64,000 nt of DNA from Oceaniferula sp. (GCA_041548785.1 JBFERY010000008.1:3903-67902); one strand, 5' to 3'. Positions 45,946 through 56,012 are shown, counted from the stretch's first letter. Translations and numbers: made by a program. Notes: generated by a model not told the origin, from the sequence alone.

Positions 45946-46932
45946 TTAGTTACGGTCGAGGATCGACTGAATTTCACGTTCGTTGGGATTGACGGGAACA
46001 GGTTGGCGTTTGGGCCTCACAAGCACCGGGTCACCCGCGAATTTTACCGGAATATTTTTTTGCGGGATCAGGTTGATGTGCCGGACTTCGCGCTGGGTGT
46101 ACAAGGTGTGCTCGCGGATGGTCAGGAAGTCAGCCAACTGGCGGTCATGCTCATACATCCCGAACGTCGCACGCGACCCGTCGTTACAGACAGCCTCCAT
46201 CGAGTAGTCATTGACCAGCACGACACGCTCGGGCAGCCACTCGGCCCGCACGTTGCCAGCGCCGAAGGTCTTCACCAGGTGAAGTGCCCGCATCGCCTCG
46301 GGGTGCTTCATTTTACTGCCGTGCTGGAAGGCATCGCTTTTGGCAACCTTGACCACGATAACAGGCAAGTCCCTGGCCGAGTTCCACAGCTCCCCTTCGC
46401 AGGGAAAGGTGATCCCGTTTTTGTCGGCGAGGACCCCCCCGTTCCGGCGCCCTGGAAATCCGAGTGTGGCACACTCGATCCATACGGCGGGCACACGCTC
46501 GGTGAGCCGGATCCGCAGCGTCCCGGGCAGGCGGCGTTCGACATCACAGTCGATCACCTCGGGCAGGTCCTGCAGGCTGTCGCGCACGCCGCTGGTATCA
46601 AGGGCAAAAATGCTGGCATTAAGATCGATACCGGCGACGTCCACCACGCGGGCGTGATCAAGGTGGCCGTTGGTGTGGAGATCGATTTCCTGCAGCCGGT
46701 ATTTTTCATTGCCGAGGAAAAGGTGCTGGACCCCCTTGTAGCCGCCCAGGCCGATCAGGCCGAGCAGGACGAGCAAAACGGCGTATTTCACACCCTTGCC
46801 CATACCACTCAGAATCTGGAACATCACGATGCGCGGCGAGTGCACGTTGATGTGCAGTTTTTGCAGGTCCCCGCCCCTGCCTACGGTACGCGGCGAGCGT
46901 GTGGTTTTCCGACGTGGTTTGAATCTGGCCAT
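45946..46932 (-). CDS. ftsQ: Cell division protein FtsQ/DivIB (POTRA domain)
   Basis: Basic N-terminus, single TM, POTRA, VERRLPGTLRIRLTERVP; lies between ddl and ftsA. Start ATG 46932 preferred. Confidence 0.88.
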   Translation of the reverse strand: MARFKPRRKTTRSPRTVGRGGDLQKLHINVHSPRIVMFQILSGMGKGVKYAVLLVLLGLIGLGGYKGVQHLFLGNEKYRLQEIDLHTNGHLDHARVVDVAGIDLNASIFALDTSGVRDSLQDLPEVIDCDVERRLPGTLRIRLTERVPAVWIECATLGFPGRRNGGVLADKNGITFPCEGELWNSARDLPVIVVKVAKSDAFQHGSKMKHPEAMRALHLVKTFGAGNVRAEWLPERVVLVNDYSMEAVCNDGSRATFGMYEHDRQLADFLTIREHTLYTQREVRHINLIPQKNIPVKFAGDPVLVRPKRQPVPVNPNEREIQSILDRN

Positions 46933-46961
46933 GCTTGTTCCTGGGTTGCGGGTTGCGGAGG

Positions 46962-47879
46962 TTAGCTGCGCCGGGCGAGCGACAGTTCGGCGATTTTTTG
47001 GCAAAGCGGACCGAAATCATAGCCGGCCACCTTCGCGGCCTTGGGCAGCAGGCTGCTGGCGGTCATTCCGGGGATGGTGTTGGCTTCGAGCACGTACGGG
47101 TTGGCTTCGGCATCCAATAAAACATCCACCCGTGAGTAGATTTCAATGCCCAGGGCGCAGTGTGCCGCAAGGGCGGCCTCCTGCACACGCACCGTGGTGA
47201 TTTCGTCCAGCTCGGCCGGACAGTAGTAATCGGTACCGCCGCCATCATTGAGCCATGGATACTTGTTGTTCATATCATAGAAACCACTGCGCGGCGCGAT
47301 CTGGACAACGGGAAGGGCGACACCATCAAGCACGCCAACGGTGAGCTCGTCGCCCACGATCAATTGTTCAATCAAAACCTCGTCCCCGTACCGGGCCGCA
47401 TCGGCCAGCGCGGCCAGTGCCCCGGCCTCGTCGTGCACAATATGCACCCCCACGCTCGAACCTTCACGGGGTGGCTTAACCACGTAGGGGAGCGGCATCG
47501 CCGGGAGCTTGACCCCCGCCGCACAATCGACGATTTCCGACGCGGGGGTGGGTACGTTGCTCGCTACAAACACCTGCTTGCTGGCCACCTTGTCAAAGGC
47601 GACGCGACTACTTTGGACGCCGGCACCGGTGTAGGGCACGCCGGTTTCCTCGAGCAGCGCCTGCAATTCGCCATCCTCACCAAAGGTGCCGTGGATGACG
47701 TTGAAACAAAGGCCGGTACCCTCGGGCAAGTCGAGCGAATGACCGGTCACATCGACAGGCACGGCATTGAGACCTTGCTCAAGAAGGGCGCTCAGCACGG
47801 CATTGCCGGACGCCAGTGAAACATCACGCTCGGAGCCAGGGCCGCCCATGAGGACGGCGATGAGTAAGTTGTTATCCAT
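46962..47879 (-). CDS. ddl: D-alanine--D-alanine ligase
   Basis: GGPGSERDVSL, HGTFGEDG, VKPPREGSSVG, RVDV, LEANTIPGMT. Start 47879 or 47894. Confidence 0.96.
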   Translation of the reverse strand: MDNNLLIAVLMGGPGSERDVSLASGNAVLSALLEQGLNAVPVDVTGHSLDLPEGTGLCFNVIHGTFGEDGELQALLEETGVPYTGAGVQSSRVAFDKVASKQVFVASNVPTPASEIVDCAAGVKLPAMPLPYVVKPPREGSSVGVHIVHDEAGALAALADAARYGDEVLIEQLIVGDELTVGVLDGVALPVVQIAPRSGFYDMNNKYPWLNDGGGTDYYCPAELDEITTVRVQEAALAAHCALGIEIYSRVDVLLDAEANPYVLEANTIPGMTASSLLPKAAKVAGYDFGPLCQKIAELSLARRS

Positions 47880-47907
47880 GTGTATTGTTTTCATTCGGAG
47901 GGGGTAG

Positions 47908-50211
47908 TTAGAATGTGTATTCGTCTTCACCGATGATCTGGACCTCGGTCTCCATGGTGATGTTGCGGCGGGATTTGGCTTTGCGGCGGATCCGGTCGAT
48001 CAGGCCAAGCACATCGGCGGCCGTCGCCTTACCGCGGTTGACGATGAAATTCCCATGCTCCTTGGAGACTTGGGCTTTTCCCATCGACGCCTCCTTCATC
48101 CCCAGTTCATCAACCAGCATGCCGGCGGGAATCTCGTCCGGGTTTTTGAAGATGCAACCGGCGCTGGCGGCGATCGGTTGTGACGCGCGGCGTTTGCTTT
48201 TTGACTCATCCATGCGCCGGGCAATGCTGGACGCATCGGATTTTTGCGCCTGGAATCGGGCGACCAGGGCGAAGTTGCGCCTCAGTTCCGGCACGTTGCG
48301 ATAATGCGCGATGATCGCGTCGCGCTTGCGCTCGTGGATGCCGCCATCCTCATCGAGAAAGGTCACGCTGAGCACCTGGTCAAATGTTTCGATCCCCATG
48401 GCCCCGGCATTCATCCGAAGTCCCCCGCCGACATTCCCCGGGATACCTTCCATCCACTCCATGCCGGTGAGTCCGTGAGATGCGGCCACGCTGGCGACCT
48501 TTTTAAAGCGGGCACCCGCCCCGGCAATGATGACATCCCCCTCCACCCGGACATCGGAAAACTCCCCGCCCACGGGATGGATAACGGCACCACGGATACC
48601 TCCGTCACGCACGAGAAGGTTCGAACCCCGCCCGACGACACGCTGCGGGATACCCCGGTCGCGACAGTAGCGCACGAGCTCTGAAAAAGCGTTGAAACTA
48701 TGCGGCTCAAGCCAAAACTGCGCCGGCCCGCCGCAAAGGATGGTGGTGTGGCGGCTCATCGGCTCGTAGAGTTCGCCATTCGCCTCGCCCTCGGCGCAGT
48801 AACGCAGCATCTCCTCGAGCAACGTCATGTCCCGGGCAATCTTGGTGCCAATCTCGTGGACGTTTCCGGCACCGAGCGTAATCAGCAGGTCGCCCGCCTT
48901 GAGCGCGTTACCCACGGCATGGTGAGCGGAGGGCACCGCGCCCACCACCTCGGCACGGGTGTCGCCATTGGCCCGGACCGCATCAACAATGGTTTGCGCC
49001 GTCACCCCGTCGATAGGCAACTCGCTCGCGGGATAGATGTCCGTCACAAAGACACAATCGGCAGCTTGCAGCGCCTTGCCGAAATCATCCGCCAACTTCT
49101 GGGTGCGGCTGTACCGGTGCGGCTGAAACACCACAACCAGCCGGTCCGGCTTGAGTGAGCGCGCCGTCTGCAGGGTGGCCGTCACCTCGGTCGGGTGATG
49201 GCCATAGTCGTCGATGATCCGCAGCTTGGGCGACAGATACTTGTTTTCAAAACGTCTTCGCGCACCCGCAAAGGTGCCGAGGGCGCGGGCGACAAGCTGG
49301 AAATCCACCTCGGCGGCGTCGGCCACGGCAATGGCGGCCAGGGCATTGAGTACGTTATGCCGGCCTGGGATACCGAGCCCGACCCTTCCTAACAACTCAC
49401 CACGCCTGGTCACATCAAAAGTCACCGTGCCGCCGGTCTCATGCACATCACTGGCGACAAAATCAGCATTTTCCCAGCCGTAGGAAACCGCACCGTCTCT
49501 TCCCGCGCAAAGTGCACTGGCGACCGGGCAGCCGGCAAAGTAGATTTTATTCCCGCGTGTCTGATCAAGCAGGGTGGTGAAAACCTCCTTGATATGATCG
49601 ATCCCGCTGTAGAAATCCAGATGCTCTTCTTCAATGTTCAGCACCACACAATGTTCCGGTTGATAGAGTGCCAGCGTGCCGTCACTTTCATCCCCCTCGG
49701 CCACCATCAACTCACAGTCCTCCTGCCAGTGGGCATTGGTGCCCAGTACCGGGATCTCGGCACCGACGTAATGGCATGGCATGATCCCGCCGCGCCTGAG
49801 CAGGTGGGCGCACATCGCGGAGGTGGTCGTCTTGCCATGCGTCCCCGAAATGACCACCCCCTTGCGGGTATGCAAAATCGCAGCCAGGCACTCGGCGCGC
49901 CGTATGCACGGGATGCCATGTGCCCGCGCCTCGGCACGGGCGACATTGTCGTCGCGGATAGCCGATGAATAAACAACCACATCCGCACCGTGTACTTCGT
50001 CAGCGCGGTGGGGGCTGGAAAATACGAGACCCAGCCCCTGCATGCGCTGCGTTTCCCCGCTGGTCACCCTGTCCGAGCCGCTGACCCGGTGACCCATTCC
50101 TAACAACAAAAGCGCCAGCCCACTCATGCCCGATCCGGCAACACCCACAAGGTGCACCTTCACCGGGTTTCCCCGGTCGGTCAGTCGTTTGCTTAGTTCA
50201 TCAATCTTCAT
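47908..50211 (-). CDS. murC: MurC-MurB fusion (UDP-N-acetylmuramate--L-alanine ligase + UDP-N-acetylenolpyruvoylglucosamine reductase)
   Basis: MurC: GVAGSGMS, GTHGKTTT, EGDESD, DDYGHHPTE, FQPHRYSR. MurB: GRGSNLL, GIPGNVGG, MNAGA, SAGCIFKNP, HGNFIVN. Confidence 0.95.
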   Translation of the reverse strand: MKIDELSKRLTDRGNPVKVHLVGVAGSGMSGLALLLLGMGHRVSGSDRVTSGETQRMQGLGLVFSSPHRADEVHGADVVVYSSAIRDDNVARAEARAHGIPCIRRAECLAAILHTRKGVVISGTHGKTTTSAMCAHLLRRGGIMPCHYVGAEIPVLGTNAHWQEDCELMVAEGDESDGTLALYQPEHCVVLNIEEEHLDFYSGIDHIKEVFTTLLDQTRGNKIYFAGCPVASALCAGRDGAVSYGWENADFVASDVHETGGTVTFDVTRRGELLGRVGLGIPGRHNVLNALAAIAVADAAEVDFQLVARALGTFAGARRRFENKYLSPKLRIIDDYGHHPTEVTATLQTARSLKPDRLVVVFQPHRYSRTQKLADDFGKALQAADCVFVTDIYPASELPIDGVTAQTIVDAVRANGDTRAEVVGAVPSAHHAVGNALKAGDLLITLGAGNVHEIGTKIARDMTLLEEMLRYCAEGEANGELYEPMSRHTTILCGGPAQFWLEPHSFNAFSELVRYCRDRGIPQRVVGRGSNLLVRDGGIRGAVIHPVGGEFSDVRVEGDVIIAGAGARFKKVASVAASHGLTGMEWMEGIPGNVGGGLRMNAGAMGIETFDQVLSVTFLDEDGGIHERKRDAIIAHYRNVPELRRNFALVARFQAQKSDASSIARRMDESKSKRRASQPIAASAGCIFKNPDEIPAGMLVDELGMKEASMGKAQVSKEHGNFIVNRGKATAADVLGLIDRIRRKAKSRRNITMETEVQIIGEDEYTF

Positions 50212-50248
50212 TCTTTTAAAAATGTTCTGTCGGCCACCGGCCTCGCCA

Positions 50249-51340
50249 TCAGGTCAGCACATCCACCGATATCTCGTCGCAGATTTTAACTGCCGCATCC
50301 CTCAGTGCAAGACCATCCGCACTGGCCGACATCTGCCGTATCAGCTCGTCGTCCTCCACGATCCGGGTGAGATCCGCGACCAACTCACCAGCGTCGAGCT
50401 CGGCCTCCTGCCGCATCACCGCCGCCCCGGCATCCTCAAACACCCTCGCATTCACCGTCTGGTGGTCGTCCGCCGCATAGGGGTAGGGCACCAGAATCGA
50501 GGGCATCGCCACATAGGCAAGCTCGCTCATACTCGACGCACCGGCCCGGCACACCGCGACATCACAGGCAGCATAGGCCGCAGCCATATCATCACAAAAT
50601 GAAAGCACGTGATAACCGGCGCGCCCCGACGCCATCTCCTTGACCCGGTCGTGGTCAAAGGCACCCGTGATGTGGAGAAATTGAAGCCCGGGCATCGCCC
50701 TGGCCGCCTCGACCACAAGTGAGTTCAGCCGTTTCGCCCCCTGACTGCCACCCATCACCAACACGGCCCGCCCCTCGGGGGAAAGACCGTATTTTGCCCG
50801 CGCCTCGGCTTGGCTCGGCAGCGCCGTCAGCTCGTGACGGACAGGTGTGCCGGTGACAACCACATCGGATTGGGGGAAGTAGCTCGCCGCGGCCTCAAGG
50901 CCAATCAAGACCTTTCTGCACCAGCGCGCGGTGAGTCGGTTCGCCTTGCCCGGCAGCGCATTGGAGTCATGCACATAGGTCATCAATCCCATCTTTTTCC
51001 CGGCAAACACGGGGGGCAGCGAGGTGAACCCCCCCATCCCCAGCACCGCATCCGACTTGTGCTCGGCGAGGATTTTGCGGCACTGCCTCACCGTGCTCCA
51101 GAGTTTAAAAAGAAAGGGAATCATCTTCGGGGAAAATGTCGGCGGCTTGGCGATGGCCGGCACCGTTTGAAATGTCAGCCCGCCGTACTTCTTCGACGCC
51201 TCGGCATCCACCTTTTTCTCAGAAATCAGTAACAAGACGCCATGCCCACGCTTCTCAAGTTCTTCCGCCACAGCAATACCCGGAAACAGGTGTCCCCCGG
51301 TGCCGCCACAGGCGATTAATACATTCATTTTCTTAGACAT
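50249..51340 (-). CDS. murG: Undecaprenyldiphospho-muramoylpentapeptide beta-N-acetylglucosaminyltransferase
   Basis: GGTGGH, HDSN, GTPVR, GGSQGA, RAGASS, HQTVNA. Confidence 0.96.
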   Translation of the reverse strand: MSKKMNVLIACGGTGGHLFPGIAVAEELEKRGHGVLLLISEKKVDAEASKKYGGLTFQTVPAIAKPPTFSPKMIPFLFKLWSTVRQCRKILAEHKSDAVLGMGGFTSLPPVFAGKKMGLMTYVHDSNALPGKANRLTARWCRKVLIGLEAAASYFPQSDVVVTGTPVRHELTALPSQAEARAKYGLSPEGRAVLVMGGSQGAKRLNSLVVEAARAMPGLQFLHITGAFDHDRVKEMASGRAGYHVLSFCDDMAAAYAACDVAVCRAGASSMSELAYVAMPSILVPYPYAADDHQTVNARVFEDAGAAVMRQEAELDAGELVADLTRIVEDDELIRQMSASADGLALRDAAVKICDEISVDVLT

Positions 51341-51387
51341 ACCCAGATCGCTTCATCGCGCGTCCCAGCACGCAATTCCGCCTAGTC

Positions 51388-51418
51388 ATTATGTGGAAAA
51401 GTCATTGATTCTTCAATG
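51388..51418 (-). promoter_or_regulatory. Putative sigma70 promoter of murG overlapped by a DnaA box
   Basis: Minus strand TTGAAG-17 nt-CATAAT. DnaA box TTTTCCACA (plus 51392-51400) overlaps the -10 and spacer; IR CATTGA-TTCT-TCAATG (51403-18) overlaps the -35. Confidence 0.55.
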
Positions 51419-51471
51419 CTTAATGTTCGTTAAATACCGACTTCCTCCCGCTTTTTCCTGCAAATCCGCCC

Positions 51472-51480
51472 TTATCCACA
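51472..51480 (+). promoter_or_regulatory. Perfect DnaA box TTATCCACA
   Basis: Exact match to the canonical DnaA box in the murG/SNF2 intergenic region. Confidence 0.6.
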
Positions 51481-51523
51481 AATCTTCCGTGTCTTCCCCT
51501 CTGCCAGCGGTTATTAAAAACAC

Positions 51524-54196
51524 GTGAGCGCCGCCATGGATACCGACGACCTGCACCAGTTCCTGACCTCAGGCGACTGGAAAACCACCTTCTCCACCTC
51601 CGTGCTCGCCGCCGGATTCAAAACAGCACGGGCACAACAAATCACCCGCTGCGTGGCGGAACGGCTCGACACCGATGACGTTGAAATCACCGCCTCCATC
51701 ATCGATCCATCCGGCCATCAGGACGAAACCACCATCGCGCTCTGGCCCGAAAACGGCACCCTCCAGCTCGACACCTCCTGCACCTGCGCCGTGCGCACCT
51801 GCTGCACCCACGCCGCCGCCACCCTCGAGCACCTGACCCGCCCGGGCCGACTCGAAAAAGCGCTCGGCGAACTCGCGCAAAAACCCACCACCAGCACGCT
51901 CGACCATCGCATCGCCGACGCCCCCCCGCCCCGCCAGGAGAGCCCGTCTCCGGACACCCCCACCTTCCACCTCTCGATTCAACGCCGGCCCGCGGGCGAC
52001 AACCACGCGTGGCTGCCCGAGATTTTTGCCAGCGCCCATGCCGACTACGCGGGTGATCGTTACCCACTCGACCCCGCCGGCAACATCTCCCGTCCACGCC
52101 AGCGCGCCGCCGAGATGACCGCCCTGAACACCCTCTACGCACTCGACCTACTCCCGGGGGCCGAAACCCCACCGAGCTCACTCAAAAAACTCGCCCCGCC
52201 ACCTGATGAGGGCACCCTGTGGGCACCCAACGCCAAAGAGTGGCAGCCGTCACTCTACTGGCAACGTTTTCACCACGAGGGTGTCGCCGCCCTTGAAAAA
52301 CGGGGCTGGACGGTTGCCATCGCCGCGAACGCCGCGCCCAAACCCCTCCGTTTCAACGCCTCAAGCTGGCGCGCCGAATTTGTCGACGAAGGCAGGGGAT
52401 GGTTCAGCCTCTCCGCCGGATTCGAGATCGACGGCGAACACATCGACCTGCAACCGATCCTCGCCACCCTGGTCGAATACAACTTCCTCGACCTCACCCG
52501 CAACATGCCGGACGGACAGGAGTTCCTCATTTTCCTGGCCGACGGCAGAGGCCTGACACTCCCGATCGGGCGCTTCCGCCGCATCCTCACCCACCTCGGC
52601 GAACTGATGGCTTTCAAGTTTTCCGACAAGCCGATCAAGCTGCACAAAATCGAAGCCGCGCAGCTCGTCAACGCCCTCGACGAGGAGCTCGCCACCACCG
52701 CACCGCCACCGCATCTCCAACAACTCAGCGACGCGTTCCAAGCACCAATCCCCCATCACCCATCAGCAATTCCAGCTACGCTGGAAGCCACCCTGCGCGA
52801 CTACCAGCGCGAGGGCTACGAGTGGATGCAGTTCCTCGCGAACAACGGCCTGCACGGCATCCTCGCCGATGACATGGGTCTCGGCAAAACCATGCAGACC
52901 CTCACCCACATCCTCGCCGAGAAAGAAAAAGGCAATACCCTGCCCAACCTCGTCATCGCCCCCACCAGCGTGGTCGAAAACTGGCAACGCGAGGCGGCAA
53001 AGTTCGCGCCCTCGCTGAAGATCACCATCCTGCAAGGCGCCGACCGACACCGCCGGTTTGCCGAGCTTGCCGATACCGACATCGCGCTCACCTCCTACGC
53101 ACTCCTGCATCGCGACCTCGACCTCTTCACCGAACAACCCTTCCACCTCTGCGTCCTCGATGAGGCACAGCACATCAAAAACCCCGGCGCCCAGGTTTCC
53201 CACGCCGTCCGGCAGCTCGACGCCCGGCACCGCATCTGCCTCTCCGGCACTCCCATCGAAAACCATCTCGGCGAACTCTGGAGCCTGTTCGATTTCCTGA
53301 TGCCGGGACTGCTAGGGTCCGCCGACACCTTCCGCGACACCTTCCGCACCCCGATCGAAAAAGAGGGAAAGCAGCAGCGGGCCGACGCCCTGGCCAGCAA
53401 GGTCGGGCCGCTCATCCTGCGCCGCACCAAGGATCAAGTCGCCACCGAACTGCCGACCAAAACCGAGATCCCCCACCTGATCGAGCTCGGGTCCGACGAA
53501 AAAGACCTCTACGAAACCGTGCGCTCGACCATGGATAAGCACGTCCGCCAGGCACTCGCCATCCGTGGCCAGCAAGCCCAGATTGTCTTCCTCGACGCCC
53601 TGCTCAAACTTCGCCAGATCTGCTGCCACCCCGACCTCGTCACCCTCAGCAACCACACACCGGCAACCGCCAGTCCCAGGACGTCCGCAAAATTCGACTA
53701 CCTCACCGACCTGCTCGAAACCCTGAAACAGGAAGGCCGACGCGTGCTCATCTTCTCCCAATTCACCTCCATGCTCGAGATCATCGAGCACTATCTGATC
53801 GAGCAAAACACCCGCTATCTCAAACTCACCGGCGCCACCAAAGACCGACAAGACCTCGTGGAAAAATTCCAGGCGGGCGAGGCCGAGGTCTTTCTCATCT
53901 CGCTGAAGGCCGGCGGCACCGGACTCACCCTCACCGCCGCCGATACCGTCATCCACTACGACCCCTGGTGGAACCCGGCGGCCGAAAACCAGGCGACCGA
54001 CCGCGCCTACCGCATCGGCCAGGACAAACCCGTTTTTGTCCACAAACTCATCTGCAAAGGCACGGTCGAACAACGCATCCAAAAAATGCAGCAAAAAAAA
54101 GGCAGCATCTCCGACTCCATCCTGACCGCCTCACTCAATCAGCTCAAGTTAGACGACGACATCCTCACCCGCCTCCTCGCCCCCATCGAGGCCTAA
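51524..54196 (+). CDS. SWIM zinc finger + SNF2-family DEAD/DEAH helicase
   Basis: CTCAVRTCCTH SWIM; LRDYQREG, LADDMGLGKT, LDEAQHIKN, SGTPIENHL, FSQF, SLKAGGTGL, QATDRAYRIGQ. Confidence 0.93.
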   Translation: MSAAMDTDDLHQFLTSGDWKTTFSTSVLAAGFKTARAQQITRCVAERLDTDDVEITASIIDPSGHQDETTIALWPENGTLQLDTSCTCAVRTCCTHAAATLEHLTRPGRLEKALGELAQKPTTSTLDHRIADAPPPRQESPSPDTPTFHLSIQRRPAGDNHAWLPEIFASAHADYAGDRYPLDPAGNISRPRQRAAEMTALNTLYALDLLPGAETPPSSLKKLAPPPDEGTLWAPNAKEWQPSLYWQRFHHEGVAALEKRGWTVAIAANAAPKPLRFNASSWRAEFVDEGRGWFSLSAGFEIDGEHIDLQPILATLVEYNFLDLTRNMPDGQEFLIFLADGRGLTLPIGRFRRILTHLGELMAFKFSDKPIKLHKIEAAQLVNALDEELATTAPPPHLQQLSDAFQAPIPHHPSAIPATLEATLRDYQREGYEWMQFLANNGLHGILADDMGLGKTMQTLTHILAEKEKGNTLPNLVIAPTSVVENWQREAAKFAPSLKITILQGADRHRRFAELADTDIALTSYALLHRDLDLFTEQPFHLCVLDEAQHIKNPGAQVSHAVRQLDARHRICLSGTPIENHLGELWSLFDFLMPGLLGSADTFRDTFRTPIEKEGKQQRADALASKVGPLILRRTKDQVATELPTKTEIPHLIELGSDEKDLYETVRSTMDKHVRQALAIRGQQAQIVFLDALLKLRQICCHPDLVTLSNHTPATASPRTSAKFDYLTDLLETLKQEGRRVLIFSQFTSMLEIIEHYLIEQNTRYLKLTGATKDRQDLVEKFQAGEAEVFLISLKAGGTGLTLTAADTVIHYDPWWNPAAENQATDRAYRIGQDKPVFVHKLICKGTVEQRIQKMQQKKGSISDSILTASLNQLKLDDDILTRLLAPIEA

Positions 54197-54278
54197 ACCA
54201 CCCGTCTACCAAACTCACATGACACGCCCACTCCCGAGTTCGGCTTGCCCACACCAACACATTCCCCTATAGAAAACC

Positions 54279-54403
54279 CCGCCGCCCCAGCGACCCATTT
54301 CCCATTTCCCATTTCCCATTTCCCATTTCCCCTTTCCCATTTCCCATTTCCCATTTCCCATTTCCCATTTCCCATTTCCCATTTCCCATTTCCCATTTCC
54401 CAT
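54279..54403 (+). repeat. Truncated hairpin core CCGCCGCCCCAGCG + (CCCATTT) x15 array ending in the ATG of the next gene
   Basis: 15 units at 54294-54398 (unit 6 is CCCCTTT), then CCCAT+G, which supplies the ATG at 54402. Confidence 0.95.
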
Positions 54404-56012
54404 GAACCTCTTTGCATCGCCCCTGATGGACAACCCCGTGTTTGTCGTTTTCAGCGTGATTGCCATCGGCCTGATTCTCGGCAAAATCACCGTTTACGGG
54501 ATCAGCCTCGGTAGTGCCGCTGTCATGTTTGTCGCCCTGGTCTACGGCCACTACGGCGTCACCGTTAGCTCGTCACTGACCAACGTCGGACTGGTCATCT
54601 TTGTTTATTGCGTCGGCATCGGGGCCGGCTCCCGGTTTTTCAGCACACTCAAACAATCAGGCATGCAACTCGTCGTGATCAGTTGCGCCGTTGTCTTGGC
54701 CGGCGGCGTCGCCACCGCCCTGGTCGCAGGCGCCTTCGGCATCTCACCGAGCGTCGCCGCCGGCGTCTTTGCCGGTGCCCTCACCAGCACACCCGGACTG
54801 GCCGCCGCCCAGGAACATTTTTCCAGCATCTCCGACCAAGGACTGGTCTCAGCCGGATACGCCATCGCCTACCCGTTCGGCGTCATCGGCACCGTCCTCT
54901 TCGTCCAGCTCTGGCCACGACTCAGAAAAAAGGACCTGCAAAAAATCGGGGAACAACTTGAAGCCGCGCAGTCCCGAACCAAACAAATCGTGCCAGTGCT
55001 CGTCAAAATGACCAACGCCAAGTTCGTCGGTCGCAAAATCGACCAACTCCGGATCCTCGACCACCTTCACTGCCGGGTCACCCGGATCATGAAAGACGGC
55101 GTGCTCGTCCCCATCAAACACGACGATGTCCTGGAAATGAACCTCCTGCTCTGGGTCGTCGGCCGCGAGGACGATATCGAGGCCATGCTCGATGTGCTCG
55201 GCGAGCGCGCCGAAACACCGGCCATCATCAACTCGGACATGGAACGGCGCACCCTCGTGGTCACCAACCGGTCATTCGCCAACAAAACCCTCGCCGAACT
55301 CAAGCTGCTCCGAACCCACGGCGTGTCCATCTCGCGCATCCGCCGCTACGAATACGAAATCATCCCCGACGAAACCACCGAACTCAGCATCGGCGACCAA
55401 CTCGTCACCGTCGGCAATAGCGAAAACCTGGCGAAATTCGCCGAGGTGATCGGCCACCGCCCGTCCATCATCGATGCCACCGACCTGCTCTCCCTGTCCC
55501 TCGGCATCGCCGTCGGCGTCTGCCTCGGCATGATCCCGCTGGGCGGCTTCAAACTCGGCCTGGCCGGCGGACCGCTGCTCGTCGCACTCCTGCTCGGCCA
55601 CTACGGCCGGATCGGCGCCGTGGCCGGTTACGTGCCACGCCCGACCCGCCTGCTCCTCCGCGAGCTCGGGCTCTGCCTGTTCCTCGCCGGTGCCGGCATC
55701 AAGGGCGGCGCCAGCTTTGTCGCAACCCTGCAGGCACAAGGCGGCGGCATTTTTGTCGTCGGCATCATCGCCACACTCGTCCCCATCATCGTCGGCTACC
55801 TCATCGCCACCCTGATCTACAAATTTGACATCCTGACCGCACTCGGCGGCGTCTGCGGGGCCATGACCTCGACCCCGGGCCTCGGTGCCATCTCGTCCAA
55901 AACCGACGCACAGGTGCCCATCCTCAGCTACGCCAGCGCCTATCCCGCCGCCCTGCTCCTCATGGTCGTCGGCGTCAACATCCTGCTCCAAATCATGAGC
56001 AGCCTCGGGTAA
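54402..56012 (+). CDS. AspT/YidE/YbjL family antiporter with TrkA-C domains
   Basis: GISLGSAAVMFVAL, GALTSTPGLAAA, YAIAYPFG, two RCK-C-like domains, GAMTSTPGL, YASAYP. Confidence 0.92.
   Translation: MNLFASPLMDNPVFVVFSVIAIGLILGKITVYGISLGSAAVMFVALVYGHYGVTVSSSLTNVGLVIFVYCVGIGAGSRFFSTLKQSGMQLVVISCAVVLAGGVATALVAGAFGISPSVAAGVFAGALTSTPGLAAAQEHFSSISDQGLVSAGYAIAYPFGVIGTVLFVQLWPRLRKKDLQKIGEQLEAAQSRTKQIVPVLVKMTNAKFVGRKIDQLRILDHLHCRVTRIMKDGVLVPIKHDDVLEMNLLLWVVGREDDIEAMLDVLGERAETPAIINSDMERRTLVVTNRSFANKTLAELKLLRTHGVSISRIRRYEYEIIPDETTELSIGDQLVTVGNSENLAKFAEVIGHRPSIIDATDLLSLSLGIAVGVCLGMIPLGGFKLGLAGGPLLVALLLGHYGRIGAVAGYVPRPTRLLLRELGLCLFLAGAGIKGGASFVATLQAQGGGIFVVGIIATLVPIIVGYLIATLIYKFDILTALGGVCGAMTSTPGLGAISSKTDAQVPILSYASAYPAALLLMVVGVNILLQIMSSLG

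Noticed and set aside
51403-51418. FNR box (also considered at 1013-1027 and 1184-1200)
   Set aside because: Spacing does not fit TTGAT-N4-ATCAA in any case.
51390-51523. Replication origin at the DnaA boxes
   Set aside because: Only two boxes, a short AT-rich stretch, no dnaA/dnaN/gidA nearby, and no obvious skew switch by eye. A regulatory role is more likely.
54193-54551. ORFs encoding GKWEMGN or FPISH repeats
   Set aside because: These are translations of the (CCCATTT)n array, open in several frames only because the unit has no stop codon.
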